NCBI RefSeq assembly: GCF_964194025.1
Contig: NC_134474.1
Span: 18,662,001-18,726,000 of the forward strand
Source of the DNA: Convolutriloba macropyga
Lineage: Eukaryota
Reading direction: 5' to 3'
DNA: 64,000 bases
Part shown: positions 1 to 13,147 of the stretch, one piece after another
Position numbering within the stretch: the first letter of the stretch is position 1
How the letters are laid out: each line of letters begins with the position of its first letter
Program-made: the position numbers and the translations under genes
Notes under the pieces: generated by a model
What the model saw: the letters and a program-made list of their open reading frames with translations, nothing else
What the model was told of the DNA's origin: nothing
Databases searched by the model: none

Positions 1-745
1 CTAAACCAAAACTCACTAGTAATCATTAGACGAACTACGGCGGGTATCTGTATAGATCCTGTAAAATTCTTGCAAGTAGCGGTTATCTGCTAATAAGAGA
101 AGTTGGAACGGTTATCTGCTAAAGTTCTTGTAGGAATCTTAACCAGATAACTGTCCCACCAGATAAAACATTTGATCAGAAATTGAAATAGTTTGATAGA
201 ACATTGTGATTTGTACAATTTTCAACAGTTCTCGACTAGGATATCCATTTAAAAATTTGGTTTCTTCACATTTTTTTACTAGGTTTCGGATTTAGAAACA
301 TTTGTCGTTGTTCGGGTCATTTTCATTCTTTTTAGTAGTGTCTTGAACCAATCCAGTTGATATCCAAGAGTGACGGTTTTAACAACTCTACTGAAAATCT
401 AAAGCCTATGGCCGGAATCAAATATTAGTTCTTCGATGGTTTTATGTGTTGTAAAATTAAAAGGATGAGAAAGCACATTAAAAGGATGAGAAGGCACAGT
501 GGGTGGGGGGGGGGTCTGAGAGGGGTCAAACAGCAGCAAAAGTTCACCGGGCTCAAAATATTTCCAAAACAAGTTCACTTGGCTATACTTAGATGACAAA
601 ATTATTTCGTATCAATGTATTAGAAATCGTCGAGCAAAATTCAATTTTTTGACGTTATAAATTATTACTATAGATACAAAAATGCATATTAAAAGAAAGC
701 AAAACTCAAAAAATATATGAAGAGTAATAAATTTTTTTTATATAC

Positions 746-899
746 CTGATGTCGTCGGAAGCTCTTCGGCCACTTGTGCACCTGCTGCCTCGGCGTCTTT
801 GACGAAAGCTTTACTCTCCTCGTCATAGTCGTCTAAGGGAAGGTTGACACTATCCCCCGGGGAGCTGCCATTGCTACTATTACTAGAACCAGAACTCAT
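746..899 (-). CDS. Probable first coding exon of an unidentified gene continuing left of the window (MSSGSSNSSNGSSPGDSVNLPLDDYDEESKAFVKDAEAAGAQVAEELPTTS, phase-1 donor)
   Basis: GC-richer island. Acceptor tattttcag| before 931, ATG at 899, open frame to a cag|gtata donor at 746/745. A candidate upstream non-coding exon donor (ttcag|gttagt) lies near 2438. Confidence 0.55.
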
Positions 900-3800
900 C
901 GAGACTAGCTCGCAATCATTCAGTCCTCACTCTGAAAATAACACCTAGTTATCAATCTCGATGGCTCAGCGGTTTCAGAAAACATAACCGACAAACGTTG
1001 AAAGAATTCTTCTCGAACGACTAGCGGGGAGCTCTAATCTACAGCAACTTGCTTCAATCGAGGGGGATGAGGTTCCCTAATGGACAAGCGTACTAAGAAG
1101 TTCACTAAAAAAACTTCATATGACGTCATTAGAGGTTATCATATACCACTATTGTTTGTTGTATAAGTGAAAAGATGACACCAAACAAGGCACACTTTTC
1201 AATTGACTTCTGGCAATGAACTGCCGTCAATTCAGTTCAGCTGCTTAAAATTCTAAGAATGATTGAGAAATTTAAATCACAACAAAAGCAAGAAAGTCAT
1301 AAGCGCAAGAGTCACTAGAAAAATTTGCATAAAAAGACATTTACAATAACTGCTTCAAACTAAATGCTAAATGCAGAAATATAATTAACAGTAAATTAAT
1401 AAAAACTATGATAGCTTTGCAAGACCTTCGCATCATTAGTGTATGCTATCAATTTTGTTTAAATCTCTTCTGAGCACTAAAACTTTCCAAAGGTTTCCAA
1501 AGGTTTCGAGGAAAGTTTTATTCAGATAGCGAAATTCTCCTCTTGCCTTTTGGCAACTAGAATTTTGCATCAATTGCAAATACACTTAATAGTAACAACA
1601 CTACACTAATACCTTAGAAAGATAACATTCGCCGCAAAACGGTAGTTTTAAATTCCTTACACGGGAAGGGACATGAGAACTAGATCCTTACTTGGGCCAT
1701 TTGATTTGATTATTAGTAATAAAAGGGCGTCTATGAGTTGGGCTGCTTAAAATTGTGAATGAGAGAGCAGTTCAGATCACAAAAACAAACGCCAAGGGCA
1801 AATTCTCAACTAGAGTTTATAGATGATCCATAGCACTTAAGTTCAACATAGAAATACCCGATTAATAGTTACAAACAGGAATCCTGTGACAATATTACAT
1901 CAAAAACTTTCCACGGAAGTATTCAGATAAAAAATTTAGACTGTTGCTCACTCACTGATTGCTTCACAGCAATCAACAGTAATCTAAAAACCCTAACAGA
2001 AATAATTAAATGTTTTCATTCTAGTTAATTACATGGCACAATATTAACTGACAGCGCTTAACTGGCGGCGCTTAAACAATTCTGAAAGTTTGGGCTTTGG
2101 ATTTGATCAAATTTTTAGCATCAGAGATTTGCTTGTTGCATAATGCCTACTGGAACAGCACAGAAGCAATCTTAAATTAAAAAGTTATTCAATAATTTTG
2201 GAGGATGGGAACCGAACGACTAGAGCCGATTTCATAGACTTTAATGATAGAATTACAGATTGAAAATTGCATTGAAAATCAGAACAATTGAACGCTAAAA
2301 ATTTTGGCGATAATAATTTCCAGGTCGAAACTTTTCATTTTTCTAGGTTGTTTATTTTTGGTTGAATGCTGTAACTTAAAAAGTCTCACTGAATATACTA
2401 TATATTGCTCTACTCAACAGAAAAAGTATTGACTAACCTGAACGTGCTTAAAAATTGCTTTAAGACTTTCAAACTGCTGTGTAATAGCGTTCGTTTGAAG
2501 TAATAGCATTCGCTCTTGTAGTAAGGCGAGACGAGTAAATAAAATAAAACTGACGCACATGTACGCGACTTTAAACTCAATTCATACCACCGCCGACTAC
2601 AAAAATTTTATTCTATATTTACGCCTACCATCAAAAATGCTCTTCATGGATGTAACATTCATTCCAAATATGGACTATTAACGTCACAAGATTAAAATCA
2701 CGAGATTAATCTGAAATTCAATTTACATACAATGACATAAGATGAAATCGTATAACGCCATTCTCAAAAATCTTTTAACCGAAGAGCTCCTTTAAACTCA
2801 TAAAATTCATTGGCTTAAGTTGAATAAGGTCCATCAAGAGAATAATTGAAAGCTATAAAGATATCGACTCTAAACAATCTGTCAATAATGTTCTGATTAT
2901 ACAATGTATGATAATGATGATATCAAAAATTGAGCGATGAAACTATGAGAATTAATGACTATATGCATTGCTACTATTACTAGAACCAGAACTCATCGAG
3001 ACCAGCTCGCAATCATTCAGTCCTCACTCTGAAAATAACACCTAGTTATCAATCTCGATGGCTCAGCAGTTTCAGAAAACATAACCGACAAACGTTGAAA
3101 GAATTCTTCTCGAACGACTAGCGGGGAGCTCTAATCTACAGCAACTTGCTTCAATCGAGGGGGATGAGGTTCCCTAATGGACAAGCGTACTAAGAAGTTC
3201 ACTAAAAAAACTTCATATGACGTCATTAGAGGTTATTATATATCACTATTGTTTTAAAGTGAAAAGATGACACCAAACAAGGCACACTTTTCAATTGACT
3301 TCTGGCAATGAACTGCCGTCAATTCAGTTCAGCTGCTTAAAATTCTAAGAATGATTGAGAAATTTAAATCACAACAAAAGCAAGAAAGTCATAAGCGCAA
3401 GAGTCACTAGAAAAATTTGCATAAAAAGACATTTACAATAACTGCTTCAAACTAAATGCTAAATGCAGAAATATAATTAACAGTAAATTAATAAAAACTA
3501 TGATAGCTTTGCAAGACCTTCGCATCATTAGTGTATGCTATCAATTTTGTTTAAATCTCTTCTGAGCACTAAAACTTTCCAAAGGTTTCCAAAGGTTTCG
3601 AGGAAAGTTTTATTCAGATAGCGAAATTCTCCTCTTGCCTTTTGGCAACTAGAATTTTGCATCAATTGCAAATACACTTAATAGTAACAACACTACACTA
3701 ATACCTTAGAAAGATAACATTCGCCGCAAAACGGTAGTTTTAAATTCCTTACACGGGAAGGGACATGGGAACTAGATCCTTACTTGGGCCATTCGATTTG

Positions 3801-5068
3801 ATTATTAGTAATAAAAGGGCGTCTATGAGTTGGGCTGCTTAAAATTGTGAATGAGAGAGCAGTCCAGATCACAAAAACAAACGCCAAGGGCAAATTCTCA
3901 ACTAGAGTTTATAGATGATCCATAGCACTTAAGTTCAACATAGAAATACCCGATTAATAGTTACAAACAGGAATCCTGTGACAATATTACAGCAAAAACT
4001 TTCCACGAAAGTATTCAGATAAAAAATTTAGACTGTTGCTCACTCACTGATTGTTTCACAGCAATCAACAGTAATCTAAAAACCCTAACAGAAATAATTA
4101 AATGTTTTCATTCTAGTTAATTACATGGCACAATATTAACTGACAGCGCTTAACTGGCGGCGCTTAAACAATTCTGAAAGTTTGGGCTTTGGATTTGATC
4201 AAATTTTTAGCATCAGAGATTTGCTTGTTGCGTAATGCCTACTGGAACAGCACAGAAGCAATCTTAAATTAAAAAGTTATTCAATAATTTTGGAGGATGG
4301 GAACCGAACGACTAGAGCCGATTTCATAGACTTTAATGATAGAATTACAGATTGAAAATTGCATTGAAAATCAGAACAATTGAACGCTAAAAATTTTGGC
4401 GATAATAATTTCCAGGTCGAAACTTTTCATTTTTCTAGGTTGTTTATTTTTGGTTGAATGCTGTAACTTAAAAAGTCTCACTGAATATACTATATATTGC
4501 TCTACTCAACAGAAAAAGTATTGACTAACCTGAACGTGCTTAAAAATTGCTTTAAGACTTTCAAACTGCTGTGTAATAGCGTTCGTTTGAAGTAATAGCA
4601 TTCGCTCTTGTAGTAAGGCGAGACGAGTAAATAAAATAAAACTGACGCACATGTACGCGACTTTAAACTCAATTCATACCACCGCCGACTACAAAAATTT
4701 TATTCTATATTTACGCCTACCATCAAAAATGCTCTTCATGGATGTAACATTCATTCCAAATATGGACTATTAACGTCACAAGATTAAAATCACGAGATTA
4801 ATCTGAAATTCAATTTACATACAATGACATAAGATGAAATCGTATAACGCCATTCTCAAAAATCTTTTAACCGAAGAGCTCCTTTAAACTCATAAAATTC
4901 ATTGGCTTAAGTTGAATAAGGTCCATCAAGAGAATAAGGTCCATCAGAGAAAAGATATCGACTCTAAACAATCTGTCAATAATGTTCTGATTATACAATG
5001 TATGATAATGATGATATCAAAAATTGAGCGATGAAACTATGAGAATTAATGACTATATGCATTGCTAC
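869..5068. repeat. Tandem duplication, two ~2.1-kb near-identical units (869-2965, 2966-5059)
   Basis: Direct comparison shows only scattered SNPs and small indels. The 9-bp microhomology cattgctac occurs at 869, 2966 and 5060. Confidence 0.95.
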
Positions 5069-8000
5069 AATTTCTCACGGAGAAATTGGAAATTTGTTTT
5101 GAACATGCACTGGATAATGAAATGTTCTCAAAAGCACTGTATTTCAAACACGAAGAGTAGCTTCCAACATGATCATCGTAAAATTCTCGGAAATAAGTTC
5201 AATAACAATCAAACATGAATTATATTAAATTGAGTTTCGAACTCAATTAATTTTAAATAAATACGTCAAAAGACAAAGATATTTTCAAAGTCTGGACTTG
5301 GAATAGTACCCGCGACCATATTACCAAATTAAACCAGTCTTAATGATTTAAACATTTTTAACTGCATTTGAAGGCAGTCAAAATTTCTCAAGTTATAATT
5401 AATAAACTCTTATAGTTGCAAAACTTGCGCTTGCGCAATAGTCAAACTAATTTTAAAAACAAAAAAATTGCTGCGATAACGAACGATAACTTAAGAACTC
5501 TGCTATGTTGACAAAATACATAAACATAGCCGGTAGATTGCCGAAAAAAGACGCCGCTGAGGCGCTTGATACACATCGGGAATGAAACAGAAAAAAAAGA
5601 GGAGATAAATTGAACAAATTTTATTTTCAGTGTCATAAATTGTTCCAATTTGGCGTGCAGCTTCAGTTGGATTCTAAAACTATACTTAATTCAGCTTCCA
5701 GACTGAAAGCTAATAAGCTTAATACCAATGTCAGCTAGCAAACACTCTAATGAACTTTGATAACCTAATTCTAAATGACTTAATGACCGGGCTTTATCGG
5801 TTTATCCTGTCTCTTTTGATTTTGATCTTTTGACTTCGACAGTATTCACCACATTGCGCAATTGAATGCGTAAAAGAATTTAAAATCCATTCAGTTGAAA
5901 CAGTGAGTGAAGTAAGTCAAACGTAAAAATCGTGGCTCATGTAAAACGTTATCAAAAAAAGTGAAAAGGCGAGCGCCTAAATAATAGCCGTTGAGAGGCT
6001 AACGGCTGCTATTAATCATGGATTTTTCATTTTTAAATACACTATAAAATTTCGATGGCCTGTTTTTTACCATTTTTCTTTTAAGTCACTACAGGTTAAC
6101 CCCGACTTTTTAACTCGTCTATACTGAAACCTCAGCATTGTTTCACTCCAAATTCAAGATTTCCATAATTGCGGATAATTAGGTCTAAATTTATAGACCA
6201 CCCCATTCTTGGAGATTAAAATTGCGATGAAATGACAAAGGTGGAAAAATAAAGAATATTTACATCTCATTCTTTTCACTCGTGTTAGACTGTAAATGAA
6301 AGACTGTAACTGAAAAAAGCAAAGTAATCAATTACTAAAAGAAAAACTATAACCTTTAGCAATTTAGTAATCTCATTTAGTCACTAAAACGGCAATTAAA
6401 AATTGAAAGAAATCGATTTCTAGAAACATGATTTTAATACATCTTAGTTTCATTGCAACTTTGTTTTATGAGCATGAAAACTGCTGACTTTGTTTAACAT
6501 TTCTTCAAAAAAGAAAAGGTAGTAGAAGGCCAATATTTTAGACTAAAATAAGTGACAAGTATATCAAAGCCTGGAATTCCTGCGACTACAAGTGCCGCAC
6601 CATGTAAGCATTCAAACATGGTGGCAAATTTTTATCAAAGTGATTTTTATCCGTGATTTTATTAAAATCAGCCACTCGAGGAGTCACAAATGAGATTAAA
6701 GCTTTTGAGCAGATGTTTAACAACCGCGAAAACTACCATTAACCGATCTTCTCTCGAGGCAGGTGTCGTTGCCGTCGAAACTCAATTTAAACAACAATTT
6801 CAGCTTTTCAGGTAGAAAGAGCAGAAAACGAAGGGCAAAAATGAAAACTTGCCAGAAAATTGAGTTTTTCTAAACGTATAGAACTCCTTTAAGGTCGTTG
6901 ATATGATGTAGAACCAAAAATTGTAATATTAGCGGTAAATAACTCAAAATCAGCTCAAATCATTGAACTTCGCAAATATTGAATCAACAAAAAAAATGCG
7001 AATAGCAAAAAGGTTCCATTTTATGAAAACATTTTTAGCAGCCTTCAAATTGGTATTACCAAGCTTTTGAAATAGATATCTTGACAATTATCTGGCTTGC
7101 TAGTCAAAACAATCTAACTCGACGACAAAGTCGGATGAAATGTTCTCGAACGACAGGCGGGGGAAATTTAATTTAAATAGGGTGTAGCTTATGTTTTAAG
7201 GGTGCAATAAATGCAGCACAGTGGCGCGGACCCTGACCTCCAGGTTGACAGTCTGACATAACGACTCGGCTAAAATGCTTCTGATTTCGATTAGATCACA
7301 AATTTTCCAACAAAATTTCAGAACGAGAGCAACTTTGATCACTCAAAAAGGAAGAAATAAAACGCGAAAAAGTCTATCAAAGTCAATGAATGTTCTAGAA
7401 CAAAAGCGCAAAAACGGTAGAGCAAAAACATTGAACCAAAAAGACAAACACGTTTACAATAGTTGTTTCAAACTTCGTCCTGCGGGGTAGCAATTAATGA
7501 CCGAATAATTAACTAACATCGCGTAGTCATTGAAGTCTGCTTCAGAAAGCAGGGGCGTCTCATTGACACTATACTATGATGATTTAAATTGAGTAGGAAA
7601 TTGCAGCCATTTGAGTTAAGCTGCTCAAAAATTTCAATGAGAGAGCAATTTAGATCACCCAAAAATTAAATAAGGAAGTCAAAACGGCCAAGCAAAAACT
7701 TTGCATTGCGCCACACATGACTACAAAATTTACTTCAAACTTCGCTCCACAGCAAAAAAAGAAACACTCAGTATTAGTAATTTGGTGACGTGTTTGCTTA
7801 GGATTTTGACGGTTCAGGACCGTTCATATTTTAGCAAACATAAAAAATGTGGCAACTTTGTAGACGGCGTAACTAGCAACGAATATTAGGGTACGCAAAA
7901 ATAAGCAGAACACCAGATTTGCAACGCTCTGCTTAAATAAGTCGTAATTTCGCTTCGATTTCAACAGAAAATTATTAACAGAAACTCTCCAGATATTATA

Positions 8001-9224
8001 TTTGACTGATGATTTATGACAGATCGCCTCAGCAACGGAATAAAAGTTTGCTAGATAAACTCACTAATGAGCGCAATGATTGATGTTAAAATATTCGACA
8101 GGTAATAGTGTCCTCTGATTAATGCGTAGTTGCATCAATTCATGTGTCTAATGCCTAGCTGAGACGAACAGGAATAAATATGTCAATTAATGCAAATAAG
8201 TTAATCTTCCAAATTTCGAACGAGATACGATTACTCATTTATTCAATACTCTTGGCTAACAAAGGTCAAATTTGTTACAATCATGAGCGCTAATAGATGT
8301 CAGTTGTAGCGAAAGCGTTCGCTAATGTTCTTGCCTAACGATACGTTTCAGTACTACACAAAAAAAAAGATGGCAAAGCTAAACGTGGGGCATTTTCAGC
8401 CGCTTGAGTAAGAATATAGATATGATTACTGTGACATGGTAAAATTTAAAGATGTGATTTTCATAGTTATGAAAACAATGATTTAAATGATGATTTATAG
8501 ATGATAGATAGAATAGATGTTGAAATGAGGGTTTTGAAATTGAAAGGGCATATTTGAACTCAGCAATAGGTCAGCAAATAAATGCTCTGCAGGCTCTTAG
8601 AAACGTTTACTTCTGCATTTGTCTTTTTTAAGAAGCTTTTATGAACAGAATAAAGGCTCTTTTTTCGTTGAAGGGCTATATTTTAAATAACACTTAATAC
8701 TTTTTCAGTATCATAACCTCACATCCAAATTCAAGCAAAATACCATACTGATAGTGGTACCGCTGTGCTTTCGGAGACCTCAGGGGGAGGGGACTCCCAA
8801 ACTTGAACAGAATCCCAGCTTGAAGACGGTTTAGAAAATAACAATTTCAAAAACAATTTAGTCTATGTTCTTTTCTATTGTATGTGGAAATGTTCACTAA
8901 CTTGCAATACCTGATTCAATTCCCACCAATGTAAAACGCCATCAACTTCAGCTGTAAGAGATAACACGTCTAAAGAACTCATGTGAAAATAATTAATTCG
9001 ACATATTCATTAAACAGGAGGAACTTGTAGCAAACAGTTATGTAAAAACATCTATTCTAAACTAACTCTGGGTATCCCCGAATAAATAATTACCCAAAAT
9101 ACAACTCATTTAGATGATTCAACAATTGATAATTCCAAATGATTGGATTCTTTAGATATGAACAAGAAGCCAGAACTCCTTTGATTCTTTGTCATAGACG
9201 CGTGGCAGCTGCTTTGCATACAAT

Positions 9225-10067
9225 TCAGTCGTTCTTCAAGGCTTTGTTGTCTGAATTTAAATAAGCGATACTCCAGTTAAGAAAGGTTGCAAAAGTGCAC
9301 CATGCTAAATATGGATAGAGTAATCTACTGGCAGTCAGATCCAGAGGTTGGAATTCCTTGATGGTCCAGATAATACTGCCACACAAACCAATCACGATCA
9401 CTCCTGCCTGAAAATTAAAATAACGGATCTTGTCAAAACCTATCTCCTCCTGAGTGAAGGCCAATCAAGTATTGCAGCAATAACACAATCATGTGATTTC
9501 ATGGTCGAAGGAAATGGTTACGATGCGTATGATTTTATATAATTCTGGTATGATTAGTGAATTTAGATTTTTAAATGCTTTCTGTATTATACGTTTTGCA
9601 ATGCGTGAGAGCTAAGTAATTTTTGTTGGCTGGGTTAGCCAACAAAAATGAACTTTTTGTTGGCTAACCCAGCCAACAAAAAGTTCATTTACCATCATAT
9701 AAAAGCCTTTGAATTCACTCAATATCTGAAATATTTTACGACAGCTTACAGCTTTAATCCTGTGCATGCCGAAAAATACTGGAGTCCAAGACATGTTCAG
9801 AGCCAGTTGGACCCCATAAGCCGTTAGTGCCATCGAAACGTCAGACGTCTCCCGGAGACTCAGAATCCTGTAAGATGCATACCCCATCATTCCGTACAAA
9901 GTGGTCCACACAGGACCGAAAACCCATCCAGGAGGATTACAAGGTGGTTTGACGAGTTTATTGTACCAGTCTTCTTTGTTCTCCCGTTTGGGGCCAAAAA
10001 GAAATCCATTCGTCATGCCACCAATAACTGGCAATACTGTCATCCCTACCGCTTTCCAATTAATCAT
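9225..10067 (-). CDS. TSPO: Translocator protein (TspO/MBR family), copy 1, 166 aa; exons 10067-9750 and 9407-9225
   Basis: Motifs WYNKLVKPPCNPPGWVFGPVWTTLY, QLALNMSWTPVFF and RLLYPYLAW..FATFLN. Phase-0 intron with gct|gtaagc donor and ttttcag|gca acceptor; TGA stop. Confidence 0.95.
9620..9690. repeat. Nested palindrome in TSPO copy 1 intron (also 12701-12770 in copy 2)
   Basis: tttttgttggct-gggtt-agccaacaaaaa followed by its reverse complement. Confidence 0.9.
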
Positions 10068-12304
10068 GGTTAACTGAAGTGATTGAGCAAAATAAGGCTA
10101 TATACAAAACCCACGTATTTATAGAGTAGAAGTTCAGGCAACGCCAGTTAACATTTCTAGAAAGTCTCAAGTTATTTAAGTCTCTCAAGTTATAAACTTT
10201 CCATAAACCAGACCTAATTACACTAACACGATAAACAAAACATTAAAAAGACCGACTAACGTCGGACAAATTGCTCTCTTATCAAGGGGAAGGATGTTAC
10301 TTGCATGGAGTGGGCGTAATAATTTCACTATAGGTCTTCAAATGACGTCAAGTTTGGCAGTCTGACATCATAACGACTCGGCTAAAATGCTTCTGATTTC
10401 GATTAGATCACAATCGGTTTTTTCAAAAAACTTTTCCAACAAAATTTCAGAACGAGAGCAACTTTGATCACTCAGAAAGGAAGAACTAAAGTGCGAAAAA
10501 GTCTATCAAAGTCAAAGAATGTTCTAGAACAAAAGCGCAAAAACGGTAGAGCAAAAACATTGAACAAAAAAGACAAACACGTATACAATAGTTGTTTCAA
10601 ACTTCGTCCTGCGGGGTAGCAATTAATGACCGAATAATTAATTAACATCGCGTAGTCATTGAAGTCTTCTTCAGAAAGCATGCGCGTCTCATTGACACTA
10701 TGATGATTTAAATTGAGTAAGAAATTGCAGCCATTTGAGTTCAACTGCTCTAAAATTCAAATGAGAGAGCAATTTAGATCACCCAAAAATTAAATAAGTA
10801 AGTCAAAACGGCCAAGCAAAAACTTTGCATTGCGCCACACACGACTACAAAATTTACTTCAAACTTCGCTCCACAGCAAAAAAAAGAAACACTCAGTATT
10901 AGTAATTTGGTGACGTGTTTGCTTAGGATTTTGACGGTTCAGGACCGTTCATATTTTAGCAAACATAAAAAATGTGGCAACTTTGTAGACGGCGTAACTA
11001 GCAACGAATATTAGGGTACGCAAAAATAAGCAGAACACCAGATTTGCAATGCTCCGCTTAATTAAGTCGTAATTTCGCTTCGATTTCAACAGAATAAAAA
11101 TTATTAACAGAAACTCTCCAGATATTATATTTGACTGGTGATTTATGACAGATCACCTCAGCAACGGAATAAAAAATTGCTAGATAAACTCACTAATGAG
11201 CACAATGATTGATGTTAAAATATTCGACAGGTAAAAGTGTCCTCGGAATAAATATGTCAATTAATGCAAATAAGTTAATCTTCCAAATTTCGAACGAGAT
11301 ACGATTACTCATTTATTCAATACTCTTGGCTAACAAAGGTCGAATTTGTTACAATCACGAGCGCAAATAGATGTCAGTTGTAGCGAAAGCGTTCGCTAAT
11401 GTTCTTGCCTAACGATACGTTTCAATACTACTCAGAAAGATCGATGGCAAAGCTAAACGTTGGGCATTTTCAGCCGCTTGGGTTAGAATATAGATATAAT
11501 AACTGTGATATGAAGAAATTTAAAGATGCGATTTTCATAGTTATGAAAACAATGATTTAAATGATGATTTATAGATGATAGAGAGAATAGATGTTGAAAT
11601 GAGGGTTTTGCGCACGAATTGAAAGGGCATATTTGAACTCAGCAGTAGGCCAGCAAATAAATGCTCTGGAGGCTCTTAGAAACGTTTACTTCTGCGTTTG
11701 TGTTTTTTTTAGAAGCTTTTATGAACAGAATAAAGCCTCTTTTTTGGTTGAAGGGCTATATTTTAACTAACACTTAATACTTTTTCAGTATCATAACCTC
11801 ATATCCAAATTCAGGCAAAATACTATACTGATAGTGGTACCTCTGTGTTTTCGGAGAGCTCAGGGGGAGGGGACTCCCAAACTTGAACAGAATCCCAGCT
11901 TGAAGACGGTTTAGAAAATAACAATTTCAAAAACAATTTAGTCTATGTTCTTTTCTATTGTATGTGGAAATGTTCACTAACTTGCAATACCTGATTCAAT
12001 TCCCACCAATTTAAAACGCCATCAACTTCAGCTGTAAGAGATAACACGTCTAAAGAACTCATGTGAAAATAATTAATTCGACATATTCATTAAACAGGAG
12101 GAACTTGTAGCAAACAGTTATGTAAAAACATCTATTCTAAACTAACTCTGGGTATCCCCGAATAAATAATTACCCAAAATACAACTCATTTAGATGATTC
12201 AACAATTGATAATTCCAAATGATTGGATTCTTTAGATATGAACAAGAAGCCAGAACTCCTTTGATTCTTTGTCATAGACGCGTGGCAGCTGCTTTGCATA
12301 CAAT

Positions 12305-13147
12305 TCAGTCGTTCTTCAAGGCTTTGTTGTCTGAATTTAGATAAGCGATACTCCAGTTAAGAAAGGTTGCAAAAGTGCACCATGCTAAATATGGATAGAG
12401 TAATCTACTGGCAGTCAGATCCAGAGGTTGGAATTCCTTGATGGTCCAGATAATACTGCCACACAAACCAATCACGATCACTCCTGCCTGAAAATTAAAA
12501 TAACGGATCTTGTCAAAACCTATCTCCTCCTGAGTGAAGGCCAATCAAGTATTGCAGCAATAACACAATCATGTGATTTCATGGTCGAAGGAAATGGTTA
12601 CGATGCGTATGATTTTATATAATTCTGGTATGATTAGTGAATTTAGATTTTTAAATGCTTTCTGTATTATACGTTTTGCAATGCGTGAGAGCTAAGTAAA
12701 TTTTGTTGGCTGGGTTAGCCAACAAAAATGAACTTTTTGTTGGCTAACCCAGCCAACAAAAAGTTCATTTACCATCATATAAAAGCCTTTGAATTCACTC
12801 AATATCTGAAATATTTTACGACAGCTTACAGCTTTAATCCTGTGCATGCCGAAAAATACTGGAGTCCAAGACATGTTCAGAGCCAGTTGGACCCCATAAG
12901 CCGTTAGTGCCATCGAAACGTCAGACGTCTCCCGGAGACTCAGAATCCTGTAAGATGCATATCCCATCATTCCGTACAAAGTGGTCCACACAGGACCGAA
13001 AACCCATCCAGGAGGATTACAAGGTGGTTTGACGAGTTTATTGTACCAGTCTTCTTTGTTCTCCCGTTTGGGGCCAAAAAGAAATCCGTTCGTCATGCCA
13101 CCAATAACTGGCAATACTGTCATCCCTACCGCTTTCCAATTAATCAT
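12305..13147 (-). CDS. TSPO: Translocator protein copy 2, 166 aa, protein identical to copy 1; exons 13147-12830 and 12487-12305
   Basis: Same motifs and splice sites as copy 1. The three coding differences I could see are all synonymous. Confidence 0.95.

Noticed and set aside
9612-9749. C-terminal extensions of the TSPO exon-1 ORFs and N-terminal extensions of exon-2 ORFs in the ORF track
   Set aside because: They are read-through into introns. Canonical splice sites give 165-166 aa proteins.
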